Assembly (NCBI RefSeq): GCF_000150275.1
Contig: NW_002060943.1
Span: 6,812,299-6,876,298, forward strand
Reading direction: 5' to 3'
Origin: Trichoplax adhaerens
Taxonomy: Eukaryota > Animalia > Placozoa
Length of the DNA: 64,000 nucleotides
Shown here: one piece after another, positions 27,083 through 41,800 of the stretch
How positions within the stretch are numbered: position 1 is the first letter of the stretch
How the letters are laid out: each line of letters starts with the position of its first letter
Notes under the pieces: generated by a model
Told to the model about the DNA's origin: nothing
The model's database searches: none
Seen by the model: only the letters and a program-made list of their open reading frames with translations
Position numbers and translations under genes: made by a program

Positions 27083-30000
27083 TCCGGATTCTAATTGTCT
27101 ATTAACTCAAAACTGGACTATATTCCGTGGAATTTCCACGGGTTTAGCTAGTGTATATTAATAAGATACTAATTTGCATAGCAAGTTAGATATCTACAGA
27201 TAAAAAAAGAATTAAGTAGGAATCATAGTTTCATTATCAGATTTCTAAACTGATAAAATTTATTCCTGGATTCGTTAAACTATTTCTTAAGCTTTGCGCT
27301 AGATTTTCATTTACTGCCGCTAACATTAAAATGTGTTACACTGCTACACCTTAGATATTTCTTATTTGCCTTTACCTCGCAGTATGCATTATGTGAGATG
27401 CATACTGATGTTCGGCATCTTATTGAGCTCTTTCGTAATTAAATTTTGCAAATATTTTTACCTTCTGTACAGACATCCAAACTATACGTCCTGTTTCTTC
27501 AATTTAATACTTGCGGATATAATTTATTGCTTCCTACTATAGTGAAATAAGGTAATCAAAGGCTCTCATCTATGGGTACAATTGCCCTATTAAGTATAGT
27601 CTGTTTTTCTTATAAAGTTACGATGAGAAACTATCTCCTAAAATTCTACAATCATGGAGATTGTTATCTTCTACCATGATGTCTAGTATAAATTTGATTA
27701 TCTTAATATTTTAACTAATACCATTTTTAATAGGACCCGTTATCTTGGATGCGCCTAGGCACACAAGTCAACGCGTCATTGGGTGGCTTTTCCTTTATTT
27801 CCATCCGAACGACAATTATAAATAACAATCCTAACATCTTTCTTCCAATATTAGCTATAGAACATTTTTTCGTGTAATTTAATTAAGATATCCTGGAAAA
27901 CTTTAACTATTTCATTTTGAATTACATTCCCTACATAATAAGATATTTTTACGTGATTTAATGATACATTAGTAAACTTTAGGTCAATTTATTCTGAAGT
28001 GTACGCGTAGTCTCTATGCGATAACACTAAATAGGCTAATGATTTTAATTGTAATATTTATAAGTGTTTTTCAGTACCTCTGATCGATCCTGGACCAATA
28101 TTTCGTGTTATCGTAACTCTATTTATCAAATATCGTCAAAAAAGTAATTACGATGATTCTGGCGTGTATTTTTTACTGATCTACCGCAGTAAAACCTATA
28201 TGTATCACTATATCTTAATTCTTTGGATGATTTATTAGGCGTAACCTAGCATATAGGGTATAGCCAATACTGGCCTGTTAGTAAAAATTGCCATGGATAG
28301 TATTAAATTTATTAAATTGTAAAACTAGTTAAAGCATCATCTCAATTTAAAAACTGCATTAAGATTATATCATATGATACAGCCCTTTATAGGTGGAATG
28401 CTGCCGTGATTCTGTGCCAAGCAAATCATACGGTACCGTACTTAGCTGCTCTCCAGCATCCAAATACCTGTGTTCGATTTGCCTTTTCCCATCTACTGCT
28501 AACGATATTGTGCACTATACTGTAGCTACCATAATGTGCACGGTATATTATGTAGCAAACCGAAGTCTAAATAAGAATTCAATGCATTCGGCTTTTACTG
28601 TACGATTGATCAATAAAATATTTAAAGATATTGTTGTTTTTTCCCCACTTCAAATCAGTATACGAATTAATTCTATTCGAAAGATGCTTAATATCTCACA
28701 AAAGGAATCACTAGCCATCATTTTTGACTTTCGTAAAGTGTAAAATTGAAATATAAGTAGATAAACTAACGTGGAACATCACCTACCGAAAACTAATATT
28801 TTTAAGGCAAATAGAAGACTAATTGAGAATCCTGTTAATTAGACATTTGTTAAAGTACAGTACGTAAATACCGTTTGTACCTTAGGGCATTTGCAATCAT
28901 GGTGTCTTTACACTCAGTTTACAGTCTAAATTTTTAGCAGATTTAAAAATAGTAACCATTATTTGTATTTTTAGCTATGCAATTAGTCATATCACATGAA
29001 GAATTTGTCAACTATGCCATATGCCTAAGGGTAAGAAGAACTGTCAGTCCAAAATTCAATCATTTGACTCGTGTCATAATACCGTACGTAACTGAAATTG
29101 TTCTATTTTGCGTATTAAGATACATAGATCAAACTATAAATTATTTATTTGCAGTGTAGCGTATAGCAGCATGCGTACTAATATGTCTAAGCCCATTTTA
29201 GTGTAAGCATAGTAGACGCTATGTATATAGGAGGAAGCTACCAAAATAGCAATCCAGTCGACATACGCCATCTTCCTTGATTTTGAAACTATTTCACACA
29301 GCGATTGTTCGATATGCTGTCGCTTATTTAACGATTTAGAACATCATTTTTCATCGTCTAGTCATTAGTAATCATTTATTAAAAAAAAAACTGGTACAAA
29401 AATGACAACAATTTTGCCATAACTCAACTAATGCTGTAAAGCTGTAGAATGATGAAGAAAGAGATCATAAGGAGAAATTCTTTTGCGTTACGAGTATGCG
29501 ACATGCAGCGGACAAGATCGAGAATCAAATTTCCTTACGAAGGAAACCATGAGATGTGTATGGTGATAAAACTTCTAAATACTCAGTCTGAATACTAAAA
29601 TGATTCAATACTTTTAATTGACTTACAGTTCATCAATAAAGGTGAAATATTATTCTACACTTTACTAGATATTGCTATATAAATCCTTTTTCAATTATTT
29701 GTTACTATTAGTGAAGCAATACCAAAAGTGCAGTGCTATAAATTCTCATTAGCATGCTGCCTTTTAATACCAATATACGAGTGTAATAAATAAATCATAT
29801 CGTATTTATATAGGTATATACCCATAATTAAATTACATTAATTGAATTATCATAATGCTTAACCCCAATAACTAATCTTGTGTTGTAGGCATGGATGATG
29901 GGTAGATCCTGAAAATTCTTTCGCTAATAGGAATGAGCTAATTTCATTCATTGCTGTACGTCACGTAAATCACGAGATTTTTCTATTTATATATCTCTAG

Positions 30001-31787
30001 AAATAATGCAAAAGTGAACACGAATCATTCCTTCTATGTAAAATAATAGTATATCCAAAAAGGAATGGATGATAGGCAGCAAATTTTGATATAAATTGCA
30101 ATTTCTATCTAGTGCCTTTAGCAGCGCTCTTCCTTAATTTTATCGGAAAAACTTTAATGAAAATAGTAATTTCAGTCTATAGTATTTACTTGCTTTTGAA
30201 GTATAACTGTGGTATCCTATAATATAATCACTAGATGTAAAACGGGTTGTAATATTTTCTGATTTACTGTTTATCACAAGGTAAAATTCGCAGTAAATTG
30301 GACTTTGGCTCTATGACTGTTAATAAAATGTACGCACTGTACATTGCAAAGCAAATAATCTTCTGATAACGTTATTCATAACAAGGATACTCAGCTATTG
30401 TTTCCATCGATATTGTAACAAGAAAAGTATTCATTTCGTGGTATAAACAGAAATTGAATAGACGATTAATTCATTACTGTTACAGTATTATTTAGTTAAT
30501 CTAACAGGAATAAGAAAATCGTCTGTTATGAAGAAAGTTTTTAGAAATAAACGGGTGAACATTATTAAAGATATTGATTTAGAGCGCCTATCGTACTTGC
30601 CGATGATATTGACCAACCCTAAATTATTGCTGCTCTCTTCATTTAATCCTTAATCTCTCATTGCATGCGTTATAATAAAGCCTCTAGCATCTATTATTAG
30701 GTGTCAAAATACAAATTAATATATTTATTTCTTGGCTATACTCTTACTTAAGTATTTTTCTGACGTGTTTAAAAATGTTATAGATTTTAAGTAAAATCTA
30801 ATGGCAATAACACCGATTTATACAGTCTCGTTTCAAATGACGAAATCTTTAAATATGATTGCAATCGAGATCAAAATTATTATAAAGCCACCAAAGTGTT
30901 AGTGCAAAGCTGAGTAAGATGACAAATTTAAAAGAAAAAAGCAGTGAAAAACTTTTTCATTGTCGGTCGATCCTTTACATAGGATAAAGTCAACTTAACT
31001 AAGATTTGGTAAAATGTTATAGGTCATGATGACTTAGTGCAGAACGGTTTCTCAGATCAAATATACTTACTTTAGCTATACTCTATTTCAGTACGCTGTA
31101 GTATCATACCTAATGCCCAAAGAGAATGGCTAAAACATCTGCTAGGGTTGATCATTTGGAGTAATGTCATCATTTTCAAGGGCAATTAATATTTGAGCCA
31201 ATGAAAATTTGGTGTTGAAGGATCAACAACTCACGTCATCAACTTACGCACGGCCAACATATTGTCGCTAATTTTAAAACTTGATATTTTCTATTCAGTT
31301 TAACTTAAAATTATCGCTCAACGTACCATACAGAGGCTTATTTTAATTAAATATGTACTATAAAAAGCTACCCTGCTGGATTACACTATAACTAAATGTT
31401 TAATAGAAACATATTTGATATGAATTCTCTTCTTAGAAACTATAGATTGATCAAGCTGTTTCTACTTGGCTCTGTTTATCATTAGTCTTGTCATTCAATG
31501 GCTATTTTCCTTATGTTTAAGCATTAGCAGTTTAGTATAACCAAAATTAGTATAGCAAAATAAGGTTTTAGCACTTTAAAATTATTCAATAAATGCGTAT
31601 ACTACTCGATTATTGAAGAAAAAGAAGAGCAGTGATTAAAGACAATCTATTTCTTCTGTGATACTTGATAGTATCATCAAGTCTATCAGCTTTCTGAACA
31701 GAAAGAACTACCGCAGTATTAATCAGTTTTCACTTTTCAGCCGGAACTACTATCCTTTATGCTAGCATTTTAAAAATATTCATATCA

Positions 31788-34700
31788 ATGGATTCTAACG
31801 GACAAGTACATTCTGGAGATGATACTATAAACTCCAATCAACTACCGCCATCGTCAATTTTATCGACTAAATGGAATGATCAAGATGTAATGTATCCAAA
31901 GGAAAATAAAATCAATCGATTTGGCTATGGTAGATTTACACCAAGTTGGCTACAATTTTTCAACCACCAACACTGGTTGTTGTTTTTCATTTGTAGTTTT
32001 ATCGTTATTGCCGGTATGCAAGCGACGGGATTCACTGGTGTCATTATTACATCGTTAGAGAAACGCTACGAATTAAGAAGCACTGAAACAGCGTTTATAG
32101 CGAGTGTTTATGAGATATCAGCAGCTATTGTTGGTACTATCGTTAGCTTTTATGCTTGTCAAGGCCATAAGCCCAAAGTTTTAGCTTATGGTGCTATTAC
32201 AATGTCACTCGGAGCATTTATATTTGCCTTGCCGCATTTTATTTCAGGCGAATATTATTCCAAAGCTTCCAATCAAAATTCTGGATTGTGTTACCGGCCT
32301 GAATTGACTAATATGACAACTTCTCCTTCAGTTACTACCGATATCACCACTACTGACTTGTTGTGCAGCGCTAGTAGTGCTTTACGTAATTTCATTTATA
32401 TTATCTTGATTGGACAAGTGTTAGTTGGGGCTGGTAATAATCTGCTATGGAATGTTGGCATGGCTTGTATGGATGAAAATGTTAGTCCTAATGTCTCATC
32501 TATTTATATCGCCATTATGATGGCTCTTTCAGCTCTTGGACCTGCAATTGGTTATCTTCTTGGTGGTGCTTTTATGAGAATTTATGTCGACTGGCCTGTT
32601 CGATCTCCAGGTATCTATCATATCGTTAAAACTAATTACAATGATATGCCAATTGAAATATAGCCATAACGAAAATTCTGCAACATTTGAAGTTCTAGAT
32701 TAAATGATATCAAATATTATTTAAATTAGACTACGAGTAAATTCTAATTTCATAGTTAGTTAATGATATATTTGTAGCTTTAAGTCTATCGAGTTTAGAA
32801 GTTTACGAAAATTCTACTTCCCTCTATTAAATTATGCGCACAAAGATGTTGATAGATATTTTATGCACTGAAATTTTTTAAAGCCCAAAATTAATAACTA
32901 GTTTATTTCTTATTGTTTAATCGTGAATTTTTAAACATAGCAGCCAGCCTAAAAATTCTCATTTAATTTATCTAATCGATACGGTGATCTTTCAGTATAT
33001 AATTTTGTTGCGCCAGTATGATTCCAAAATGATATAAACTAGATATTAACACCTTAATTGAACCACTTAAGTATGATAATACCGTAATCTTTTTCGACTA
33101 GTCTACAACATGTTGCTAATTGTACTTTATAGTAAGTCTCGTGAAATTTTTTTGTTAAAATATCGTTAACTTTGAAGATCATATTGATCCTACTTATATA
33201 GGACAACTAGTGTATGTGTTTTAGCTTTGAATTAACCTATTATTACTACTATTACAAGACATTGTATTAAGTACAGTATTTGAAACGCGTTTACATTCTC
33301 ATTATTACTGCTTATTAAAATAGGTCTAATTCCTGAAGATGCTAGATGGGTTGGAGCATGGTGGCTAGGATTTATCATCACAGGCTTTTTACTACTTTTA
33401 ATTGCATTACCTTTATTAGCATATCCTCCTCATTTATCAGGCTATGAAAAATATAAAGCTATGCGCTTAGCGCGAGTTGATGTTAAACCTACTGCTGACC
33501 ACAATTACGGCAATAAATTGAAGGATTTACCTCAAGCTACCAGAGATTTAATAACAAATAAGCCCTTCATTTGGTCCGTTATAGCTGCAACTTTAGAAAG
33601 CATTGCTGCTAATGGATTTGCTACTTTCTTACCCAAATTTATTGAATATCAATTTGCTTTAACATCATCTGTATCAAGTATAATTACTGGCTTAATTGTA
33701 GTGCCTGGTGCAGGTGGCGGTATGATATTGGTGAGTTTTTATAGAGCAAATAGTTTATCAAAGTATGAATACTTACTAGTTCTAAATTTTGAACATTGCA
33801 ACGATAATGATAATTGCAATTTATTGCTATCATGAAACAGTCATGTTAAGGTTATACTCAGCTTGTACTTATACATCTAATTGATGATTTCTTATAGGGT
33901 GGATATATTGTCAAACGTTTTGGCTTTAATGGGGCTACTAGTGCTAAATTTAACACCGTTTTAAGTGTAGTAGGCACAATAGCCTGCACTTTATTTGCTC
34001 TCAGTTGTCCAACAGCTAAATTCGCTGGTGTTAACATAGCCTACCCACAATTGAATGTTAATAACGGGTATGAATATATGTAATAAACTCGTTGCAAAAT
34101 CGATTCCCTTGGAAATGAAATTACATTCTTAGTAATAATAGTGTTGTCAATCTTTTAATCAATACCATACAGTAGATAGTATGTGAATTATTTCAGTAAA
34201 ATATTGACGATAAATATGGAGAAAATAGCTTAATATTTTTTATGGTACGCTACCGAATTTAGACGATAACTATGGTAACTCTTACTTATTAATATTTTTC
34301 CAAACAGGCTTACCCAAGGTAGCGACATTCGCTCAGTTAACGAAACATATTTAACATCATCCTGTAATAATCAATGCCATTGCGAAAAGCAAAAATATCA
34401 ACCCGTTTGTGGTGTTAACGGTATAACATATTTTTCTCCATGTCATGCTGGCTGTGTAGTAGTAAATATGTCATTGCCAATATCGAACAGAGTAAGTGTA
34501 GAAAATTGGCTGTTGGTTAATTAGATCCTATATTTTATAATAGGCTTATGGTATAATTAACTTATCTTTCATCTATCTTTGCGTAATCAATTTTATTAGT
34601 TACTTATATGATGTAATCTATCTCATGTTGCTTGTAGAAATATTACAATTGCAGTTGTATTATGACACCGAGCAATTATGGAAATAGTACACTACCATCT

Positions 34701-35472
34701 GCGATGAAAAATACCGCAATAGAAGGCATATGCGATCAGGAATGTTCAAATTTAGCGCCCTTCTTAATTTTACTCTTTGCAATGATGGTACTAACCTATA
34801 TCAAAGCGGTACCGGCAACCGAAGTTATTTTCAGGTGAAGATTAAAAACGAAATATGCCTATTGATGGTCATTGATATTAATGAATAGTATATGATATGC
34901 TATTGCATAAATTGTTAATTTATTGTTAAGAATAATAATGCTAGATCAGTAAAATTGTACCTAAACTAAAATAAAATTTAATCTGGATCTAGGCCATAAA
35001 CTGACTCTTGTTATTATCGATATAATTATTTTGTAGATGTGTGCCAGATAGTCAAAGATCTTTTGCACTTGGCATTGAATGGCTTTTCTTGCGCTTACTT
35101 GGCAGTGTTCCTGGGCCAATCATCATGGGTTGGATAATTGATAATTCGTGCCACGTATGGAAAATCGAATGTGGTCAAAAAAGTTCCTGTTGGTTCTACG
35201 ATAACAATTTAATGAGATTTTTAATTTTAGGCGCTGGTGTTTTCTTCAAAGGGATTGCTAGTATAGGCTATTTTATGGCTTGGTACACCTATAGCAGTAA
35301 CCAAGATAATGTTAGTGATGAAGAGAATGCTATGGGACAAGATAAAAACTTAAGTATCGCTACTAACGTAACTTTAAGTACAACAGCTAGCGACAACATC
35401 TTCTCTAGTGCAGCATCAGCAGAATTCCGCCTAAATTATGGATCACAAAAGTCTCGAGAAACAATAATCTAA
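31788..35472 (+). CDS. OATP/SLCO transporter, copy 3, subfamily A
   Basis: Exons 31788-32610, 33324-33730, 33898-34067, 34308-34491, 34638-34834, 35037-35472. DARWVGAWWLGFI, ITSLEKRYEL, PVCGVNGITYFSPCHAGC, VPDSQRSFALGIEW. Confidence 0.95.
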
Positions 35473-37443
35473 GGAAAGATAGAATTGCTTTGCTTTCTCT
35501 TACATCGCTCAATATTTAATTACTACCGTAGTAGTTCCTATTAAGGCGTGTTGAGGACATACGATACTGTATTATTTACAATTCTAATTTTTAATATCAT
35601 GCTCATTGCGTACAGTACTTTGATTAGTTCATAAAGTTTAATAATATAAAGATGCAACTTTAATTATAGATTACTTTTTCGAAACTCTGTCTGAAATGGT
35701 AAATTTTATATTGTCCTTTGTACATAGAATAGAAATTTTATTTCGAATTTGTAGGGATAATTACAACTTGATTATAAATTCGATATGAGTAGCCAGTTAT
35801 AACACTTTCTTTTGAAATTGTTGTTGATAAATATCTGTTAGCATTTGTATTGTATTATTGACGGTATACGCCTTGATAGCAATCTACGGTAGGCAACTAG
35901 TAACAGTTAGAAAATGATATAAACCCAAATATGAACTTTTAATTTATTCAAGGCTGTGCCTTGAATTTGAACTATGATTAGGTTAAATTGTCCAATTAAA
36001 AATTCTACTTCAGTAGATGCTTGTATCTGACTCTATGTATCATACTTCGATAGATGATGTTATTCTTTACCAATCAAGGGTCATTTTTTGCAATAATATC
36101 AAGAATACATATCAGTTATCAGGCTATAATTATAGGAATGAGTTGCAGTGATTATTTTCATCGTTGGAGAAAAGTAAAAAATAGTTTAGGTTACAATTCA
36201 ATAATGCAAAGTTAGTAATCTGGATTCCTATACTAAATATATAGAACTTGATCAGAGTATGTCATAATTAAGTGGTTATCCAGCCTTTTAGATTATGTAA
36301 GACTGTATATTTCCGAATTTAATTAAAGATTGCTTTTTAGGGTTGAATTTTAGATGGCAACTAATTGCAATGACAACTTTTAACAAGTTATAAGCTTTAT
36401 TAGCTATATTTATTCAATATCTGTAAATTTCAACTTGGTTAATGTGAGTTAGTGAATTTATTTTCGTTCACATTCAGCAATATCGATGCATATGCAATTA
36501 AATTCGATAAGATGAATCTAATGGTGTATGCGAACATGCATAAAAATATGAAGCATTATTCATAGGTTGTAACATGGAAAATTTGGATATGGTCAAAAGA
36601 ATAGAATTCAAATACGAGTAATGATATTTGAAATAAAATGAATTATTCCAAAAAGAGAAATAGAAGTCGCTTATTTTATTAACTATCCCTGTAGGTATTA
36701 GTCTGTCTATACTGTACAAACTTTGTTTGCAACGTGCCTTTTAAAAATTAAAAATTTCATTTTCTTGTAAAGATAATAATAGGTAGTATTCTACCTATTT
36801 TAGTAACAATCTTAATGCAAGTTTATGGATGCTTGATTGTGCATCTACTCTAATAGACAATCAAATTGATTGGATTCGATGGATTCGGTCAATTAAATTG
36901 ATTCTCATTTACAGATTTTTATCACTTTATCTTTGGATTCTGGTATTGTATAGCGTTCTACGTACTGCATATCTTATACAGTTGATTTACTCAGTTATCC
37001 ACCTTGACAATACAGGTATTTCTAGTAGACGTTGATATTGCACTAGTAAAATTGTTTCTTTCCATGCATGTCGTAAAAATGGCCACTGTTGTACGAGTAT
37101 GGTATGCCGTGGTACGTTGATCACCTTCAAAATAAGAATATACAGTAATTGATCTGTTATGCAGCACGTAGCAGTGTACTGCACGAATGCGTTTTGAAAA
37201 GCTAGTAGCTTTTGCTGGTGTAGCGCAGAGATCTTCATTTACTATTTTCATATCCCAACTCCGGAGAAATTTCAAACTGATGGTGAAAAAATTTGTTAAT
37301 CAATTTTTCATGTTTCTGAATCTCCCTCCACATGCTGTACTGCCTGTCGTGGTCAGGTCTAGTCGTGGAGTATCGTACTGTAATAACAGTAGCGAATTGT
37401 GGTTTTGTTACAGTACTGTACAAGTGTACATGCAGTGTCCATC

Positions 37444-38060
37444 CGGGCTCACGCTCTGCGATATGACGTCATCTGCTACATTCGATACAACAATTTTGCG
37501 ATCAATTTGTAGCAAATTGATCGCAATTTATTTGTGCTGCGCTGTACCATAAAGTCTGCTGTTGAGCGGGTTGGAACCTTTAGTCCTGCCAACGCTAATT
37601 GAGTTTATTTAACAAGTCGATACCGCCATTGATTTACAACGACCGCAAGGCTTAGTTGTGGGACTTTTAACCCTGATAATATCCACCGTATTGAAGGGTT
37701 TGTTGACTCAACCCGCCCAACCATGGTCTGACTGTACTGTACACAACAGTACAGTCGAAGTAGTCTATGACAGTACCGGGGACTTGTAATAAGACGACAG
37801 TAATGTATAGTGTCCAGTAGTACATTTGCAAAACTTTTTGCACATCGCAATGACCTTTTAGTGACAGCGAATGAGAGGTCATTCTACTAAGATGCAGCTG
37901 CAAAAATCCGGTTGAGATCAATTTCCATTGGGTCCTAACGATAGAATCAGACCTACCCTTTCTTCCGTAGTTTGAACCATCCTGAATACTTGATGGCCTA
38001 ATGACTGTATTGGTAGAGAGCTTTAAATGTGATATCTCCTACCAACGTCAAACGAGCCCG
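37444..38060 (+). ncRNA. Candidate structured non-coding RNA or fold-back element of unknown family
   Basis: At least eight nested or adjacent inverted repeats, including end-to-end pairing CGGGCTC(37444-50)/GAGCCCG(38054-60). G-U wobble bias favours the + strand. No family motif recognised. Confidence 0.35.
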
Positions 38061-38855
38061 TAACTTCTCTATCTTGGATTCCTCCAGCACTCCCTGCTCC
38101 ATTCTAGGACTACTGTAACAGTCAGCAATGCTAACCTACTATAGCTACCACAGAAACTAGAATAAAACAATCAACAACACTTCTAGACTACTGTATATAT
38201 AGTAAATTCGGAATAATTATACAGTAATTATGCTAGAAGTTCATGGCCAGAAAACCACTGGGAAAATTGACATGCAGTCAAAGCATCGAGCATGCGTACT
38301 CTCTATCATTCATCGACCGGATTCAGGTATACGGAAAGGACATTCCGACCACCTCAACTCTTGAAACGCACTCCCATGCTAAGGCATACTGTACAAAAGG
38401 GGATAGTACGCAGGCCTAGTACCGTTTCCCCCCCTTCAAAAAAAAAAAAATTAATTCATCGCAGAGATCTTGCAGGAAGATTTGAATTCGCATCGATCAC
38501 GCCGTCATCAAGGACTGAAAGGGAAACGTGAACGCGATCTTAGACTATATTTTCAGTGAGAAGCTTTACGTTACAGGTGGCAAGGGATTATAGGTAGGAG
38601 CAAGAAATTTAATTTAGTCTGCTAGAGTAAAGAAGACACCGACAAAGTAAACAACTCGTTAAAGAACCCTTAATCATTAGAATAATTATCCACCTACTTA
38701 GCCTAGTGGGTAAGACTGTACGTATTTTTAGGTCCTTTCATATATTTGAATATGATTGAAAATAGGTAATGATATGTTTTAAAAGTAACATACGTACTAT
38801 TTCTCTTATTTATCTTGCAGTTTTTGTGCTGATTGATGATCTAAAGTGATCCATC

Positions 38856-41800
38856 ATGTCGGAAAGAAATACAACCTCCAACGGCATCGCTAGCCACGAT
38901 AAAATATCGACTAACGGTCATAACGATGATATCGTGTCCACCAATTCAGATAATCCTCCAATCCAGGCGTTACATAAGGATAGCATCTCTGATCAAGCCG
39001 ATGAAAACTCTGACATCATAGATAGTACAAAATCACTGAGATGCGGATATTTACAATTTAGACCGGATTTTCTACAAACCTTCAATACATCAAAATGGCT
39101 GCTACTGATTTTATGTTTCTACAGTGTAACTATGAGTATGCAAATCATTGGTTTTCGTGGTGTCGTCATTCCACAGGTAGAGAAGAGATTTAATATGACA
39201 TCTGCTTATATAGGCTCTATTATGAGTACTGTTGATATTTCTGGAGGTATATGCGGTGTTTGGTTAGCGTACTGTGTTGGCCAACAAAATAAGGGAAAAT
39301 GGGTTGGCTATGGTGTCGTCATCACTGCCTTAGGCTCCCTTATTTTTATTATACCTCACTTCGTGGCTGGACCTTACTATTATGGTTATAATGCTATTAC
39401 ACAAAACAGTACTGCTGCCGATTTATGCTCTTTTAACTCATCAGGTTATAACACTTCAGCAGCTGATTGTACAAGCTTGAGTGACAGTGGCAACTCTTGG
39501 ATTTATCCGACGTTATTTGTAGTTGGACTGATATTCACTGGTGTAGGTGCAAGCATTCAATATAACGCTGGTATTTCCTACTTGGATGAAAACGTTAGTC
39601 CACGAGCTTCTCCCCTCTACATTGGTATCTACCACACAATGGGAATAGTTGGGCCATCACTAGGATATGTATTTGGAGGTGTATTCAGCAATGTTTTCAT
39701 CGATTGGCCTGCATCTCCAAAAGGTGTCATGAACGTGAAATAGAGTTATAGTCCGAGTTAATTTCTTCCACGCATACTTACAATAATACATGTAAAATAA
39801 ACTGACTGATAATGCAACCATCATCAGTGATACAAAATTTAAATTCAAATGAATTCAAGGTGTAAAGTTATACTATTCCAATTATGGAAGCCATTTGCTA
39901 ATTTGATTTTCCATCTTCTAGATTTAACTCCAGATGATCCGAGATGGATCGGTGCCTGGTGGCTGGGCTACCTTATATGTGGATTATTTTCATTGGTTTC
40001 TGCCATATTTATCATTGGATTTCCATATCGTCTACCAAGTTATGAAAAGAGCAAGCAGAAACGTCAAGCGTTGGCTACTAAAACTAGCAAGGCTCCTACC
40101 GTTAAAGATGATAGCTCACAATTAACTGCTTTTCTGAAATCTTTCTACTGCATTATAAGTAATCGGATATTTTTGCTAGCCGCCGTTGGTTTGACAATTG
40201 ACCAAATTCCAGTAATAGGATTGGCCACATTCTTACCAAAATTTATTCAGTCACAAAGTGGTTTTTCGTTACTAGTCTCTACAACCATTGGAGGAGCCGG
40301 TGTCGTTATCAGTGCTGCCATTGGCCAAATCCTGGTAGGAAAGAAATAATGCTTATATTACTATACGCGTAGACCATTTCGCCAATTCAATTTCTACCCT
40401 AGTGTGCACCCTTTACAAAGCCAATTGTCACCCCCTGAGTACAGTACAGTATGACTTCGTTAGCATAAAACATTGTCTACAACCATATTAAGATTAATTA
40501 ATAATCAAACTTTGAAACTAAATGTTATTAATCTTACAATGATCTGCAGTAATTATAGGCCTTGTAACAAAATACATTTTCAATGATGTACGCTGTTCAT
40601 AATATCTATCTAAACAAATGTATTATTTTTTGTATTAACATTGGTAAAATTTGTAGGGTGGTTATATGATGAAGCGATGGAATCTTATTGGATCACAAAT
40701 ATCTCGATATTGCTTTTACGTTTGCATCGTAAATGTCTTATTTTCGTTTGTGCTTCTCATACATTGCAACAGTCCAGTTATTGCTGGTATTAATGCAAAA
40801 TATCCCTCGTATCACCTAGCTACGAAACAGATCGTTGCCCAACGTAATAGGTAAAAGCCTCAATTAATCAATTGCAGTAACGGATATTATGTGTGCCGAT
40901 GCAATCGCTATTTGTAAGCCAATATTTTTGTACCTAACACTTAAATCACATGCTTTTACAACAAATTATAGCCCTCTGGCGAACGTAACTATGCTAGCAA
41001 TTTGCCACCAAAATTGTGCTTGCAATGCTAATGTCTTTAAACCAGTATGTGGTGCCGACAAGTTGTCTTATATATCACCCTGCCTGGCTGGTTGTCGTGG
41101 GTCTTCTGAGCTTCATCTGGTCAACAAGATTGGCAACTATGTAATAGTGATACTCTTGATAAAGCCTGCAGTTAACTCTACGATTATGTCATCTTATGCA
41201 TACTGTTATCTGATATCAAAGATTTTTTAAACCATTGTAATTAAAGAATCACTCTCACCAATTTTGAATTGAAATCTAAGCTATTTTAATATGATATTTT
41301 TGTAGGCGTATTCAAACTGTAGTTGCGTTAACGCATTTGTTGAACAAACAGCCAAAGCTGGATTGTGTCCAATGGATGCTTGCCCTGCCCTGTATCTACT
41401 GCTGGCTGGGATAATCCTTTTAGTAATAATTACTTTCTTATCATTTTCTCCAACTATTTCGATAATCCTGAGGTAAATTATATATCGCGGCATTCATTTA
41501 CCATAAATCTACGAATACTTTATGCGATGTATGATAAAGATATAAGATATCTAGCATCGTCATAGTTGTAGTCTTTAGGTACTTCATTGCGTTTAACGTA
41601 TTGTCTGGATATCCAATTCCCTTTACAGTATACTATCTATTCGTAGCTACTTTGTATCGCCCATTTAGTGATGAACAAAAAATTTAATGTGTTCTGTCAT
41701 TTAGGAGTCTACCAGACAATCAAACTGCATTTGGAATGGGAATCGAAGGACTAATTTTTAGAATTGGTGGAGGACTCCTTGGTCCATTAATTTTTGGTTT

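Noticed and set aside
37636-37675. 16S rRNA-like words (ACGACCGCAAGG; GTTGTGGGACTTTTAACCC)
   Set aside because: Short, in opposite orientations, and without extended rRNA similarity.
37720-37965. RNase P or MRP RNA (GGTCTGA/TCAGACC complementarity; minus-strand AAGTCCCCGG)
   Set aside because: The conserved-region motifs are incomplete or out of order: no GGAA before GGUCUGA on +, and no downstream GGGGCU for MRP.
36829-38531. Overlapping 60-120 aa ORFs on both strands
   Set aside because: No motifs recognised; expected from the locally higher GC.
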